IMG/VR virus record: IMGVR_UViG_2643221568_000002
Coordinates: 1 to 64,000 of that record
Source: a virus
Taxonomy: Duplodnaviria > Caudoviricetes
DNA: 64,000 nt
Direction: 5' to 3' (one strand)
This document shows, piece by piece, positions 39,101 to 46,820 of the stretch. A program made the position numbers and the translations under genes. Every line of letters begins with the position of its first letter. Within the stretch, counting starts at the first letter, position 1. A model generated the notes under the pieces. The model saw only the letters and a program-made list of their open reading frames with translations, was not told where the DNA came from and ran no database searches.

Positions 39101-42100
39101 GTTGGCGACGACATCATCGAGCTTCGCCCAAGCCAGAAGAATTTCATCTGGCGCACTTTGCAGAGCGGTACCGCGCTTGCCGATCACACCGTGGGAGCGG
39201 GGAAGACATTCGCGGCGATCGCCTCGGTCATGGAGAAGCGCCGAACCGGCCAGGCCCGCAAACCGATGATGGTGGTACCGAACCATCTCGTCGGGCAGTG
39301 GGCAGCCGACTTCGTGCGCCTTTATCCAGGCGCGAAGGTGCTGGCAGCCACAAAGCAGGATTTTGAGAAGGAACGGCGGAAACGTCTTTTCGCTCGCATA
39401 GCCACCGGCGATTGGGACGCGGTCATTGTCGCTCACTCCTCATTCGGCAGAATCGGCGTTGATCCGAATTATGAGGCGAAGTTCATCCAGCAGCAGATGG
39501 ATGATCTGGAAGCCTCGCTGGCAGAGGTACGGCGCGAAACCGGGCAGAAGAGCCGAAACGTGGCGCAGCTGACCAAGTGGCGCGACAACCTGAAAGCCAA
39601 GATGGAGCGGCTGCTCGATTCCGGCCGCAAGGATGACGGCCTTACCTTCGACGAGCTGGGCGTCGATGCGCTCTATGTCGACGAGGCGCACGAGTTCAAG
39701 AACCTCGCTTACTCGACATCGATGCAACGTGTGGCTGGTCTCGGCAACATGGCCGGATCCTCAAAGGCCGCCGACCTCTACATGAAGTCGCGGTTCATCC
39801 TTGAAAAGACCGGTGGCAACAACCTTGTGTTCCTCACTGGCACTCCGCTGTCGAACACGATGGCCGAAATGTACACCGTTCAGCGCTATCTCGACGAGAA
39901 GGCACTGCGGGCGATGGGCGTGGCGCATTTCGATGCGTGGGCGCGTGTCTTTGGCGAAGTCGTCACCGATTGGGAACTGTCACCGTCCGGTCAGTATAAG
40001 CTCAACAGCCGCTTCTCCAAGTTCGTGAACGTTCCGGAGCTGATGCAGCGGTACCGCAGCTTCGCCGACGTCATCACCAACGACGACATCAAGGCGCAGC
40101 TTGCCGCACAGGGTAAGAAGTTCCCTCTGCCAAAGGTCAAGGGCGGCAAGCCTACCAACATCGTAGTGGAGCGCTCCCCAGATCAGGCAGCTTACATTGG
40201 CGTGGGGCAGGCCGATGATGCCGGCAACCTGGTGTTCCCGAATGGGTCTCTTGTCTGGCGGGCCGAGAACCTGCCGAAGAAGGCCGAGAAGGGCAAAGAC
40301 AACATGCTGAAAGTCATGTCGGACGCCCGCAAGGCGGCGCTCGATATGCGTCTGATCGACCCACGCTATCCGGACCACCCAAAATCGAAGACCCATCGTG
40401 CCGCAAACGAGATGACGCGGATCTACAAGTCGTCAAAAGAAGATCGCGGTACCCAGCTCGTCTTTATCGACCTCTCGACGCCGAAGAATGCACAGGCCGC
40501 AGAAGCTGCACGTCTTCGTGACCTCATGGAGAAGGCAGACAATGGCGACGAGGCGGCCATCGAGGCGCTCGACAAGATTTCTCCCGACGAGCTGCTCGCG
40601 CTCGAGAGCACGTTCTCCGTCTACGATGACCTGAAGCAGAAGCTTATCGATCGCGGTATACCGGAAAGCGAAATCGCCTTTATCCACGATGCCAACACAG
40701 AAGCGCAGAAGGAGGAATTGTTCGGAAAGGTCCGTTCAGGCCGCGTCCGCTTCCTCTTCGGCTCTACCGCGAAGATGGGCGCCGGTACCAACGTTCAGAA
40801 CCGCCTCGTCGCACTGCATCACCTTGATGCACCGTGGCGTCCTTCCGACCTTGAACAGCGTGACGGGCGAGGGATACGCCAGGGCAATGAGCTGTATGCT
40901 GCCGATCCGGAAGGTTTCGAGATCGAAATCCTCCGCTATGCCACGAAGAACACGCTTGATGCTCGCCAGTGGCAGACCATCGAGGCCAAGGCGCGGTTTA
41001 TCCAGCAGGTGCGCAAGGGCGACATGAAAACCCGCGAGATCGAGGACATAGCGGGCGAAGCCGCGAACGCCGCTGAAATGAAAGCAGCCGCTTCCGGCAA
41101 TCCTCTCATCCTCGAGGAGATGGACACGCGCCGCAAGCTGAGACAGCTTGAGGGCCAGTCTATCGAGCACGATCGTGAGCAGCATCGCGTGAAGGGCAAG
41201 ATCAAGTCGCTCGAAGATGAAGCGGACCGGTTGCAGCGTGGTCTTTCAAAGGTCGAAGCCGATGCCGATTTGGCGCGGAAGGTTCCCGAGGAGTTCGCCG
41301 GTACCGTCGGTGGTGAAACGTTTGAAAAGCGCAAAGACTTTGGCGCGGCCGTCGTCGCGGCGATGCGAAAAGAGCTGATCGACAAGGAAGGCGTTCGCGA
41401 GATCGGCGAGTATGCCGGTTTCAAGATCGGCATTGACCCTTTGGGATTTGGCAGAGCGTTTAACGTGACGCTTGAGGGCGCGCGGGAATACACTGTTCCA
41501 GTCGACGACGCTTCCGACGTCGATGCTGCTGGTCTCGCGCAGCGCATCATTAATACCGTGAAGCGCCTCGCAAACCAGCCAGCGATCGACAAAGAGCGCA
41601 TCAGCGAGGCAAAAGCGCAGGTCCCCGCCCTGCAAAAGCAGATCGGCGCGTGGGAAGGCGCTCAGGAGCTTGCCGATATAGCCGCTCGTCATCGCCGGAT
41701 TTTGGACGCGCTGAAGCCTCAGCCCAAGAGTGCCAAGACGTCAGTCAAGGTCGAAGCTGGTGAGGTGGACGCCCCGATCGCGAACAAGCGTCCTGATCCT
41801 GTCGTCATAGCTATAGCCAATGATCTGCAAACCGTCGGCATACCGGCTGCGCCCAATAGCACGGCCATCTTCCAGTGGGCGAAGGACACTATCGCTCGCT
41901 TCGGAAAGTCTGGGCACGAATACCTTATGGCAGTCGATGACGATGGAAGCGTGGTCGAGTTTGGTACCGCCAAGAAGAAGGCAGCGACCGGTATCAACAA
42001 CAAGCTCTATGGCGCGCTCCTAAATCCTGATCGCCGTCTGGTCGTGTTCCACAATCACCCGAGCAACGGCCCGCTGAGTGTCGCGGATATCTCAATGATG

Positions 42101-45100
42101 GGCTTGCCCGGGTTGCACTCGGTTTGGGCCTTCGGTGCCAATGGCATGCAGATGCGCGCCGTTCTCACCCCGGAGGCGGAAGCCGTCATGCGTGCCGCAG
42201 CGGACCCCAATCAGACCGTGAAAGCGTGGCGCGACATCTTATCTTCAGCGCTTGAGCAGGTCGATGCGTTCTTACGCCCTCTCGTCACTGGCGGTTCGAT
42301 CGATGTTGATGCTGGTAATACGGCCTACACCAATACGGCGACAATTCTGGCCCAAAAGGCCGGTCTTATCGACATTTCCTCAAATACGAACTATGATACC
42401 TCCGCCATCGAGGGCTTGAATGCCAAGCTCGATAAATTGGCGGTCGCTCTGAAGGAACAGATCAGCGATGGCACAGCAGGCAGCACCGATAAGGGGATTT
42501 CACGACGACCCGCCCGCGACGTTCGACACGTTGCAGAGGTGGAGGGATTGGCACGCATCGGTGAGCCAGTGGTCGGCACGCGACCCGGACCGGCAGGCCT
42601 ATCTGAAACAGGCGCGCCAGATTATCAGAGAAAAGAGCGCCGAGCAGAACGACAGCCAGGCCGTGTCGAACGCGTAACCCAATCGCGCATCGTCGAGGAG
42701 CTGCGCGGTAAGCTGACCGATTTGCAGCCTGCGCTCCTGAAAACCATCCCTCTCAACTATTTCTCAGAACTTGCTCGATCGAACATGACGGCGGTTGGCG
42801 ACTATCTGCGCGTCAAGCGCTTGATGGATGCCTTCAGGGGGACGAAGCATGCCGAGGCCGATTCCGTGGCACAGGAGTGGTTGAAATACACCCGCCTGGG
42901 CTACGCTGGTAAGGACAAAGCCAAGGCGCAGGAACTTGCTGACCTGATGCATGACGCTACCCTCGCTGGCGTCGATCCAGCGGCCACCGACAAAGAGACC
43001 AAGGCTCTCGCCGGCTATGACCATTTGCGCAAGCGTTTCATGGCGCTGCCGCCAAAGGGGCGCGATCTCTACGTGAAGGTCAGGGACGCATATTGGGAGC
43101 AGTCGATGGAGCTTGACGAGATCTTGCTCGACAATGTGCGCAAGGCGCAACAGATCGCCGAGAAAAACGCCGAGGATCGTTACAAGCTCACGATGCAGAA
43201 GATCAAGGACGCTGGACTGAGCGGCATTGATCGCAAGAACGCCGAGGAAGACGCCACCAGCGCCTACAAGGCGGAGACGACAAAATCCCGCTGGGCCGCG
43301 AAAGCCCGCCTGACCAGAATGCGCATTGCGTTCGAATCCAGCCGGGTGCAGCCTCCATATTTTCCTCTTGGCCGTTTCGGTCGGTATTTTGCGACCGTGC
43401 GGGACATCGATGGAAGGGTGCTGAGCTTCTCAAAGCACGAGACCGTCGCTGAACGCGATCGGATGGCGCGTGAGCTGCGAGCTGAATATCCGGCCGGAAA
43501 AGTCGAAGTCGGCGTGATGGAAGCCGGCGGTGACATGCGCAAGGCTATGGACCCGCGCATCGTCGCAGAAATCGAGGAGATTTTGGGCGGCGCGAACATT
43601 GGCGGCGACGTCATGGATCAGATATGGCAGCGATACCTCGAGTCGATGCCAGACTTGTCTACCCGCAAGCGCTTCATCCACCGTAAGGGCACTGCGGGTT
43701 ACAGCAAGGATGCGCTGCGCGTCTTCTCCTCACACATGTTCCACGCCGCCCACCAGATGGCACGCCTGAAATACGGCCTCGAGCTTCAGGAGCTGGTCAA
43801 CAACACGGTTGACCAGGCGAAGGAGAGCGACGATCAGACCCGCGCCATGACGTTGGCGAATGAGCTTTCCAGCCGCCACAAGTGGGTGATGAACCCGACT
43901 GGCAGCAAGGTCGCTCAGACGATGACGAGCACCGCCTTCGTGTGGTACCTCGCTGCATCCCCCGGTGCCGCTCTGATCAACATGACGCAAACTGTCATGC
44001 TTGGCCTGCCTATTCTGGCTGCCAAATTCGGAGGCTTTAAGCAGGCAGCAGTAGCGCTCAGTAAAGCTTCCGCCGATTCTGTAGCTGGCAAGGGCAGTGT
44101 GGTTAGCGATCGCCTCGCACCGGACGAGCGGCGAGCGATGGACGCGTTCTACGAATCCGGGTTGATCGACAGAACACAAAGCCACGACCTCGCCGGCGTC
44201 GGCGAAACTGGCGTAGAGTACACCCCGCTGCGAGCGAAGGTGATGGAGAAGATTTCGTGGGCGTTCCACCGCGCCGAGGTCTGGAACCGTGAGGTGACTG
44301 CACTCGCTGCCTACCGCATGGCCCGCGCTGCAGGTCAAAACATGTCCGATGCGATCGACACCGCCCACGATCTGACGTGGAAGACGCACTTCGACTATTC
44401 CAACAGCTCGAGGCCCGCCGTCCTGCAGAACGACTTCGCAAAGGTCGCTCTCGTTTTCCGCCAGCACAACATCAACATGCTTTATCGCGTGGCGCGTGAC
44501 ATCCACCAGTCGGTAAAGGGCGAAACTGCGCAAGCTCGCCGTGAGGCCCGGTACCAGCTCGCCGGCGTGATCGGGATGATGGCGGCTATGGCTGGTGTGA
44601 CAGGGACGATGGGCTTCAGCGTTGCCATGATGATCGCTGGGGCGATGTTTGGCGACGACGATGACCCAATGGCGTTCGAAGATCAGTTCAAGGCCGACGT
44701 CGTCGATATCCTTGGGCCGCAGCTGGGTGGCGTTCTCCTGAACGGCGTGCCAGGCCATTATCTCGGAATCGACCTCTCCTCACGCATCGGCATGCCGGAT
44801 CTGTGGTTCCGCTCGCCGACAAGGGAGCTCCAGGGGAAAGACGAGTACCAATACTGGCTATCGCAGAGCCTCGGCGCAACGGTCAGCTTGGGTGAACAGC
44901 TCTACACCGGCTTCAAGGTTATGACGGATGATGGCGACGTGGCCCGCGGCATTGAGATGATGGCGCCGAAGGCGGTTCGCGACCTGATGAAAGCCTATCG
45001 ATATTCGCAGGACGGCGTTGCGACGATCGGCAAGGATCAGATACTCAGTGCCGACCAGATCGACGCGACAGATATTGTCGCGCAGGCCATGGGCTTCACC

Positions 45101-45430
45101 CCCGCCAAGATTGCAGAGACGTGGGAGCGAAACAGCGCACTGAAGAACGCAGAGACCCGCGTCAAGCGAACCCGGCAGTCGTTGATCAACAGATGGGCGA
45201 TGGCGACGATGGCGGGGGACAAGGATGCCGCGGCAGAGGTGCTGGAAAGCATCAAGCGGTTCAACTCTCTCCCTGTCCACGCTGGTTTCCCGATCAAGGG
45301 AGAAACCCTCAAACGCTCGATTCAGACACGCGCCACCAACGCGGCAAAAAGGGAAGACGGCGTTCTGATCGGCAACAAGGCGTTGGGGGCGTCGCTGAGA
45401 GAGAGATTGGCTGATCCAGTCTACCGATAA
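30152..45430 (+). CDS. darB: Giant DarB-like polyvalent protein (cell-wall hydrolase, M15 peptidase, InPase-like, zincin, N6-MTase, SNF2 helicase, JAB-like, PLxRFG)
   Basis: VAHVIQNR..DPTGGADHYH; SKHQTG..D..EPWH; HYGYIRGT.GRDKDHID; HEAFH; LEPSVGAG..NPPF; HTVGAGKT..DEAH; HNHPS; YFPLGRFG; AGGAG before ATG 30152. Confidence 0.92.
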   Translation: MPIVIGLGDDAEWKDPLNLFGGEAPGLAPLTGNVDQQKTDQNMRVSMPEGMSERDWNDTVNTVIAEAAGEGDEGMAGVAHVIQNRSKIRGQSIGDVVRDPDQFTGYSKPGPKAQEAMRDPQMRARAENIVRSVMAGKGEDPTGGADHYHADYVSPYWARSMAETKRIGNHLYYNSKAGNKPLSSETAFVSENDGLGLLGPKGQFGDLLKGEPSGQTKPKGRGLADLLPKDQFDADPDSEKSFDTLISKLQPGKPKSYITDMQPQLRNGLTAMFENAPDYVREGLDLLSGARSPERQAQIIADHANKYGFDREAWVADVEKLGPVEAGKKWRPQFRAIGLTRNIGMPGTSKHQTGEAGDLGWKGKAFSSAPREVREWVHANAGNFDLRFPMAHEPWHIEHINARSGKTDGSAVLATAFVDQKGDDADRSLNSTNSDQNMNRTAIVMDENYKAGDAFGLFSGATNPLEAEAKATAQARTDAAAAEAQRVEQERVAAETAANNQSVDARIADGKGRYVAVNESELPDWQKQWDEKNRSSGIVGDIVRRFGMGAGSTSQSINNLNRLIVSKLPGGDGINEALDGIDRWWAGKTQNEQTQESIDRMSGSLSPEGEAAREKKWWDEENKTLGPAWKDPRSYIGTIAESAPATIATMAPSGLLARGSFMAARAAGATAEAAAATAAKTATIAGGISEGLLGGADAALSVKQRIAEIPREQLVASEAVKQLVQGGLSEDDAIKALSEDAQVQAMLTAGVITGAFGGMGDRALAKIIAEGVEGGIARRIGVGAAKGMVGEGIFEEAPQSAGQTIAENAAVARVKPDQDLTEGLGESVASGVAAGGAMGGGMGAVGGVARPAASNTGASPEAGQAAPEPTAPVEPDDRGPLRRAADHGQQRQADRGAAANAGVPIDGRPGVKSTVRVEAEGVEPFMGTVEGYEGDEAVVVDSGSGEVYQVPLANLTEIAPPVADYQYPEKSQDGMPEHSADPALEPLPPMSAEVTSEMPPRSEDIPATEKRPTRPQAGQRVIVDDPAAGRFSARIERYENGGTEAVVVDDEGKPYQVPLESMKVNGLTPAQVEQQDLERDPPIEREIGDAGPNSRKIGDKTVVLPDEKHAALYDLAREQNVAKRFFGTSQLEMDKVFPVERKRLANEFRIKVSDLATLADDYRYRAERAAKQAKSKLPVNMHAVNDRLLKQRQSALAKEAGEAPAPTADDGAAWWDVDLTAQDRKGILEQAGVKRSERLTWAGMTPGIRKKLTDVRDAQRAAAEDVETLAGQGESATEAAANEAATSPTNDRPEPTEAQKEAGNYKVGRLKLGGLDVSIENPAGSTRKGISSSGKAWSVDMKSHYGYIRGTVGRDKDHIDVFVRPGTETLDDSSPIFVVDQKDPARGRFDEHKVMAGFDNEAQARAAYLENYTPDWKGLADITQTTLGDFKTWLKSGKTSDPFAPKWFASQEKAEGYVAKNKMGETHEVVQRGKRFEVLERARTTPAVRSGKGTELDPNAHPWSDVWGNDADAVSDALSRIASTNGGDTPISDAVKANVGNKELLQLIEQRWGEGGAGGNRYMIETRKGPIVTITLEKDGGNQRIVLRGKELADAIRKEFAVSLEDMQRAAKEREKQAETPQEKAQESSGVADDLGKVRGLDGQTYQAAGQSLPKKGLAPANIGADGVVYVGAVGSQHFVIADKHHEAAPFDRVGFVTPEGLFLDRKQAFDWVNENEAPIRSRESMPGELDALDYRDKSRQKTRPAEEKLEEASPPASGNKIFTEDAAAKARELLRKKLGVRDFSVEQQNTDTPFHTPTSLISEIESDLPKELIQRLTNAGVLHVGVARDMGPGIGETAWATLGGTIHLVADRIRQGAGTAILLHEAFHIGRNELHKDPSWKTLYPRLEALYESDTKDSFFNDARAHVEGVEAARGPYPPKRGQRLDVEEFGAYAVQYYEQAPSSVRRWVDNLIGAIKSWLLRRFGRQIGDVTPSELRAFAIAALRDSAVKGEAKATADKKFSVGLDAEVMQAGITLAGYHIEGGSRSFERYASAMLGDLGEGVRPYLKSWYMGVKYDPRAAAFDGMSSATEVESADVNTFTGATNEPEQLDRAGAPALEGVSTEPVPGAESGRDAGPSAEGGRRTDLSGSRPAREERVPAGRSMADGEGELPVAATGRKPADRAAKPDVAGSDERGSQRTENRRDKVERTAAVPAQQRPSDYVITDSDALGEGGQKSKFRSNVAAIELVKQLDEEKRPATRDEQAVLAKWVGWGGLRAAFPREDGSVAKGWEKEAAELKSLLTKEEYSAAESSTRNAHYTSPEIVDAAWSIAQRLGFKGGQVLEPSVGAGNFLGLMPGEVRGTSHVTGVELDRITGSIAKNLYPSANIQAPIGFEKLTVPDSYFDLAIGNPPFGSEKLYDKERTHLNKLSIHNFFFAKAIETLRPGGILAMVVTNRFLDGQSAAARNLIQSKADFIGAIRLPNDAFLKNAGTEVTTDIVILQRREAGAAPKGSDWLEVVDYRGRDGNVVPLNKYFVENPDMMLGEFGGYGSMYGPNEPALIARGGQNTAAELAKAVEKLPQDIMGDTVPMRVTETVTVPETVNDVQVGTMFSAPDGSIHLRTPDHIGQPTSKAVDFANETAKERVAGMVRVRDAFAKLRRAQISDTASDQQIDNLRKRLNTFYDAFVNKHGPINSDANKRLFRDDPTWPQISALEQSFDKGLSAALAKKTGEKPRAPTATKAAIFTRRTQQPYKRPTSASSAKDALATVLNDYGRVNLAAMSDLYGKSQEATVEELGALIFKTPSGAYETADQYLSGNVKQKLAEAERAAEQDPEYRRNVNALRDVIPADIEAIDIDVKPGAPWLPANHVEDFIAHIAQGAVKPRAYYSVANAKWDLTVSQVTPAAQTLWGTDRAGVGTVLSAVMNGQTITISDRTSDGKTIIDQPATDAANEKVERVKAEWRKWLWQDDKRRDDLARLYNDTFNTDVIQQFDGAHLTLPGKVGDDIIELRPSQKNFIWRTLQSGTALADHTVGAGKTFAAIASVMEKRRTGQARKPMMVVPNHLVGQWAADFVRLYPGAKVLAATKQDFEKERRKRLFARIATGDWDAVIVAHSSFGRIGVDPNYEAKFIQQQMDDLEASLAEVRRETGQKSRNVAQLTKWRDNLKAKMERLLDSGRKDDGLTFDELGVDALYVDEAHEFKNLAYSTSMQRVAGLGNMAGSSKAADLYMKSRFILEKTGGNNLVFLTGTPLSNTMAEMYTVQRYLDEKALRAMGVAHFDAWARVFGEVVTDWELSPSGQYKLNSRFSKFVNVPELMQRYRSFADVITNDDIKAQLAAQGKKFPLPKVKGGKPTNIVVERSPDQAAYIGVGQADDAGNLVFPNGSLVWRAENLPKKAEKGKDNMLKVMSDARKAALDMRLIDPRYPDHPKSKTHRAANEMTRIYKSSKEDRGTQLVFIDLSTPKNAQAAEAARLRDLMEKADNGDEAAIEALDKISPDELLALESTFSVYDDLKQKLIDRGIPESEIAFIHDANTEAQKEELFGKVRSGRVRFLFGSTAKMGAGTNVQNRLVALHHLDAPWRPSDLEQRDGRGIRQGNELYAADPEGFEIEILRYATKNTLDARQWQTIEAKARFIQQVRKGDMKTREIEDIAGEAANAAEMKAAASGNPLILEEMDTRRKLRQLEGQSIEHDREQHRVKGKIKSLEDEADRLQRGLSKVEADADLARKVPEEFAGTVGGETFEKRKDFGAAVVAAMRKELIDKEGVREIGEYAGFKIGIDPLGFGRAFNVTLEGAREYTVPVDDASDVDAAGLAQRIINTVKRLANQPAIDKERISEAKAQVPALQKQIGAWEGAQELADIAARHRRILDALKPQPKSAKTSVKVEAGEVDAPIANKRPDPVVIAIANDLQTVGIPAAPNSTAIFQWAKDTIARFGKSGHEYLMAVDDDGSVVEFGTAKKKAATGINNKLYGALLNPDRRLVVFHNHPSNGPLSVADISMMGLPGLHSVWAFGANGMQMRAVLTPEAEAVMRAAADPNQTVKAWRDILSSALEQVDAFLRPLVTGGSIDVDAGNTAYTNTATILAQKAGLIDISSNTNYDTSAIEGLNAKLDKLAVALKEQISDGTAGSTDKGISRRPARDVRHVAEVEGLARIGEPVVGTRPGPAGLSETGAPDYQRKERRAERQPGRVERVTQSRIVEELRGKLTDLQPALLKTIPLNYFSELARSNMTAVGDYLRVKRLMDAFRGTKHAEADSVAQEWLKYTRLGYAGKDKAKAQELADLMHDATLAGVDPAATDKETKALAGYDHLRKRFMALPPKGRDLYVKVRDAYWEQSMELDEILLDNVRKAQQIAEKNAEDRYKLTMQKIKDAGLSGIDRKNAEEDATSAYKAETTKSRWAAKARLTRMRIAFESSRVQPPYFPLGRFGRYFATVRDIDGRVLSFSKHETVAERDRMARELRAEYPAGKVEVGVMEAGGDMRKAMDPRIVAEIEEILGGANIGGDVMDQIWQRYLESMPDLSTRKRFIHRKGTAGYSKDALRVFSSHMFHAAHQMARLKYGLELQELVNNTVDQAKESDDQTRAMTLANELSSRHKWVMNPTGSKVAQTMTSTAFVWYLAASPGAALINMTQTVMLGLPILAAKFGGFKQAAVALSKASADSVAGKGSVVSDRLAPDERRAMDAFYESGLIDRTQSHDLAGVGETGVEYTPLRAKVMEKISWAFHRAEVWNREVTALAAYRMARAAGQNMSDAIDTAHDLTWKTHFDYSNSSRPAVLQNDFAKVALVFRQHNINMLYRVARDIHQSVKGETAQARREARYQLAGVIGMMAAMAGVTGTMGFSVAMMIAGAMFGDDDDPMAFEDQFKADVVDILGPQLGGVLLNGVPGHYLGIDLSSRIGMPDLWFRSPTRELQGKDEYQYWLSQSLGATVSLGEQLYTGFKVMTDDGDVARGIEMMAPKAVRDLMKAYRYSQDGVATIGKDQILSADQIDATDIVAQAMGFTPAKIAETWERNSALKNAETRVKRTRQSLINRWAMATMAGDKDAAAEVLESIKRFNSLPVHAGFPIKGETLKRSIQTRATNAAKREDGVLIGNKALGASLRERLADPVYR
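36408..36716 (+). CDS. Probable overprinted gene nested in darB (102 aa)
   Basis: GGAG SD; MNLNNWIELGRQHWKEFLPNRYRELKAAGTL...EAWQMVRENYLLLPPE; DarB frame is linker-like here. Confidence 0.65.
   Translation: MNLNNWIELGRQHWKEFLPNRYRELKAAGTLDQALKEAAEQTYLEADQLEKNGYQPDEAWQMVRENYLLLPPEGSQQTEPQSQTSQDLMSAARSGQRTVEIK
42468..42677 (+). CDS. Possible second overprinted gene nested in darB (69 aa)
   Basis: DPPATFDTLQRWRDWHASV...AYLKQARQIIREK; DarB frame is Arg/Pro/Gly-rich linker here. Confidence 0.5.
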   Translation: MAQQAAPIRGFHDDPPATFDTLQRWRDWHASVSQWSARDPDRQAYLKQARQIIREKSAEQNDSQAVSNA

Positions 45431-45432
45431 CG

Positions 45433-45460
45433 AAAAGCGCCGCAGATGCGGCGCTTTTTT
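45433..45460. terminator. Bidirectional intrinsic terminator
   Basis: AAAAGCGCCGCAGATGCGGCGCTTTTTT between convergent genes. Confidence 0.9.
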
Positions 45461-45485
45461 GATTTATGCTGGACTTTCTAGTGGG

Positions 45486-46820
45486 CTAAGGATTTAGCCC
45501 GATGCCGACTTGCCGGGATCGCAGCTGCTCTTGAACCGCTTTCGGCCACTGCCATTCGGGAATGCCCGCCTCGCTAAGCGCCGCGCCTATCCTTTCAGCA
45601 GGCACACCTTGTTCAAGTGCAGCGTTGGCCTGCGCCAGCGCTTGTTCGGGGCTCGGCGCGTTCGCCGCCTGGGTGCCACCGCTCGCGGCAGCCTTTGCTT
45701 TCATGTCTTCAAAGCGTCGGGTCACGCCTTCTTGAGCGCGTGGAGAAACCCCTCCAATGGTCCGCGTTTTTGGCTGAGAAGTTGCTTCGTCGTCTTTCAC
45801 CCGACGATCATTTGTTTTTGCGGGGGCCGCTTTCCCTTGAGCCTGCTGAACAGGTTTCCCGGTGGCCGTATCGACAAGCACCTTCCGCTCTGTGGGAGGT
45901 TTAGCACCAACGCCAGCTAGGCCGACCTGACCGTCCCCACGTTGCAGTGAGACCTCTTGGTCGATCAGCTTTTCCTTCTCCTCTGCCGACATGTCGTCGA
46001 ACTTCTTGTCGGTACCGCCCAGGCCACCGTCGAACCTTTTGCGCAATGATGTGATGGCGTCGCCGCGATGCTTGTTATCGCCAACGCCGTATTGCTTATC
46101 GATTTTCTTCTTCTCTTCGTACTGGCGCAGCTCGCCGGCATCTTTATCAGCCGCTGCGCGAGCTGCTCTCTGGCTTTCCCACGCTGCCTCGGGGTTTGCG
46201 AACCGCGCAATGACGTCAGGAATCCTGTCGTTTGGAACGTCAGAATAGCTTTCCTTTCCATCAGGGCCAGTGGCGTAGATCCGCATCCCGACCGCGGGGC
46301 CTCCTGCCTCTCTCACGATGGGCTCGTATCGCAGGCCTTTGAGTGGGTTGTTGCCATACCCTTTCAGACCAGCGATTGTGACGGTGTCATTAAGGGCTCC
46401 GGCATAGTCGCCGGTCTGTGCCTTCGTGATAGCGCCGGCAAACAGGCGCGCGCCAGTCTTCGCATCCTCAGTTTCTCCCCATTTCTGAACCCGGTCTGCG
46501 TTCTCAATGTCACCATTGGCGAGATAGGTGTTTCTCATCTTCGGGAGAGCGAACTTGTTCCAGAACTGGTCGAAGTCGCCCGGCTGCTGAGTGCCGGCGT
46601 TGACCTGCGCGTCGAACGTGGTCTTGGCGTCGGCGTTGATCTTGTCGATCTCAGTGCGCTGCGCGATCGCACGGTTATATTCGACGTCCTGTCGATCTGC
46701 CAAAACCTTGGCACGCTCATCAGCGACCTTCTTCCGCTCTTCGTTCTCCCAGCCTTGCCGGATCTGTTGACCCTTGGCAAACCCGTCCATGAAACCGCCC
46801 AAACCGATTGCGAAGCTCAT
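45486..46820 (-). CDS. Putative internal virion/ejection protein
   Basis: MSFAIGLGGFMDGFAKG N-terminus; helical; position before darB terminator. Confidence 0.7.
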   Translation of the reverse strand: MSFAIGLGGFMDGFAKGQQIRQGWENEERKKVADERAKVLADRQDVEYNRAIAQRTEIDKINADAKTTFDAQVNAGTQQPGDFDQFWNKFALPKMRNTYLANGDIENADRVQKWGETEDAKTGARLFAGAITKAQTGDYAGALNDTVTIAGLKGYGNNPLKGLRYEPIVREAGGPAVGMRIYATGPDGKESYSDVPNDRIPDVIARFANPEAAWESQRAARAAADKDAGELRQYEEKKKIDKQYGVGDNKHRGDAITSLRKRFDGGLGGTDKKFDDMSAEEKEKLIDQEVSLQRGDGQVGLAGVGAKPPTERKVLVDTATGKPVQQAQGKAAPAKTNDRRVKDDEATSQPKTRTIGGVSPRAQEGVTRRFEDMKAKAAASGGTQAANAPSPEQALAQANAALEQGVPAERIGAALSEAGIPEWQWPKAVQEQLRSRQVGIGLNP

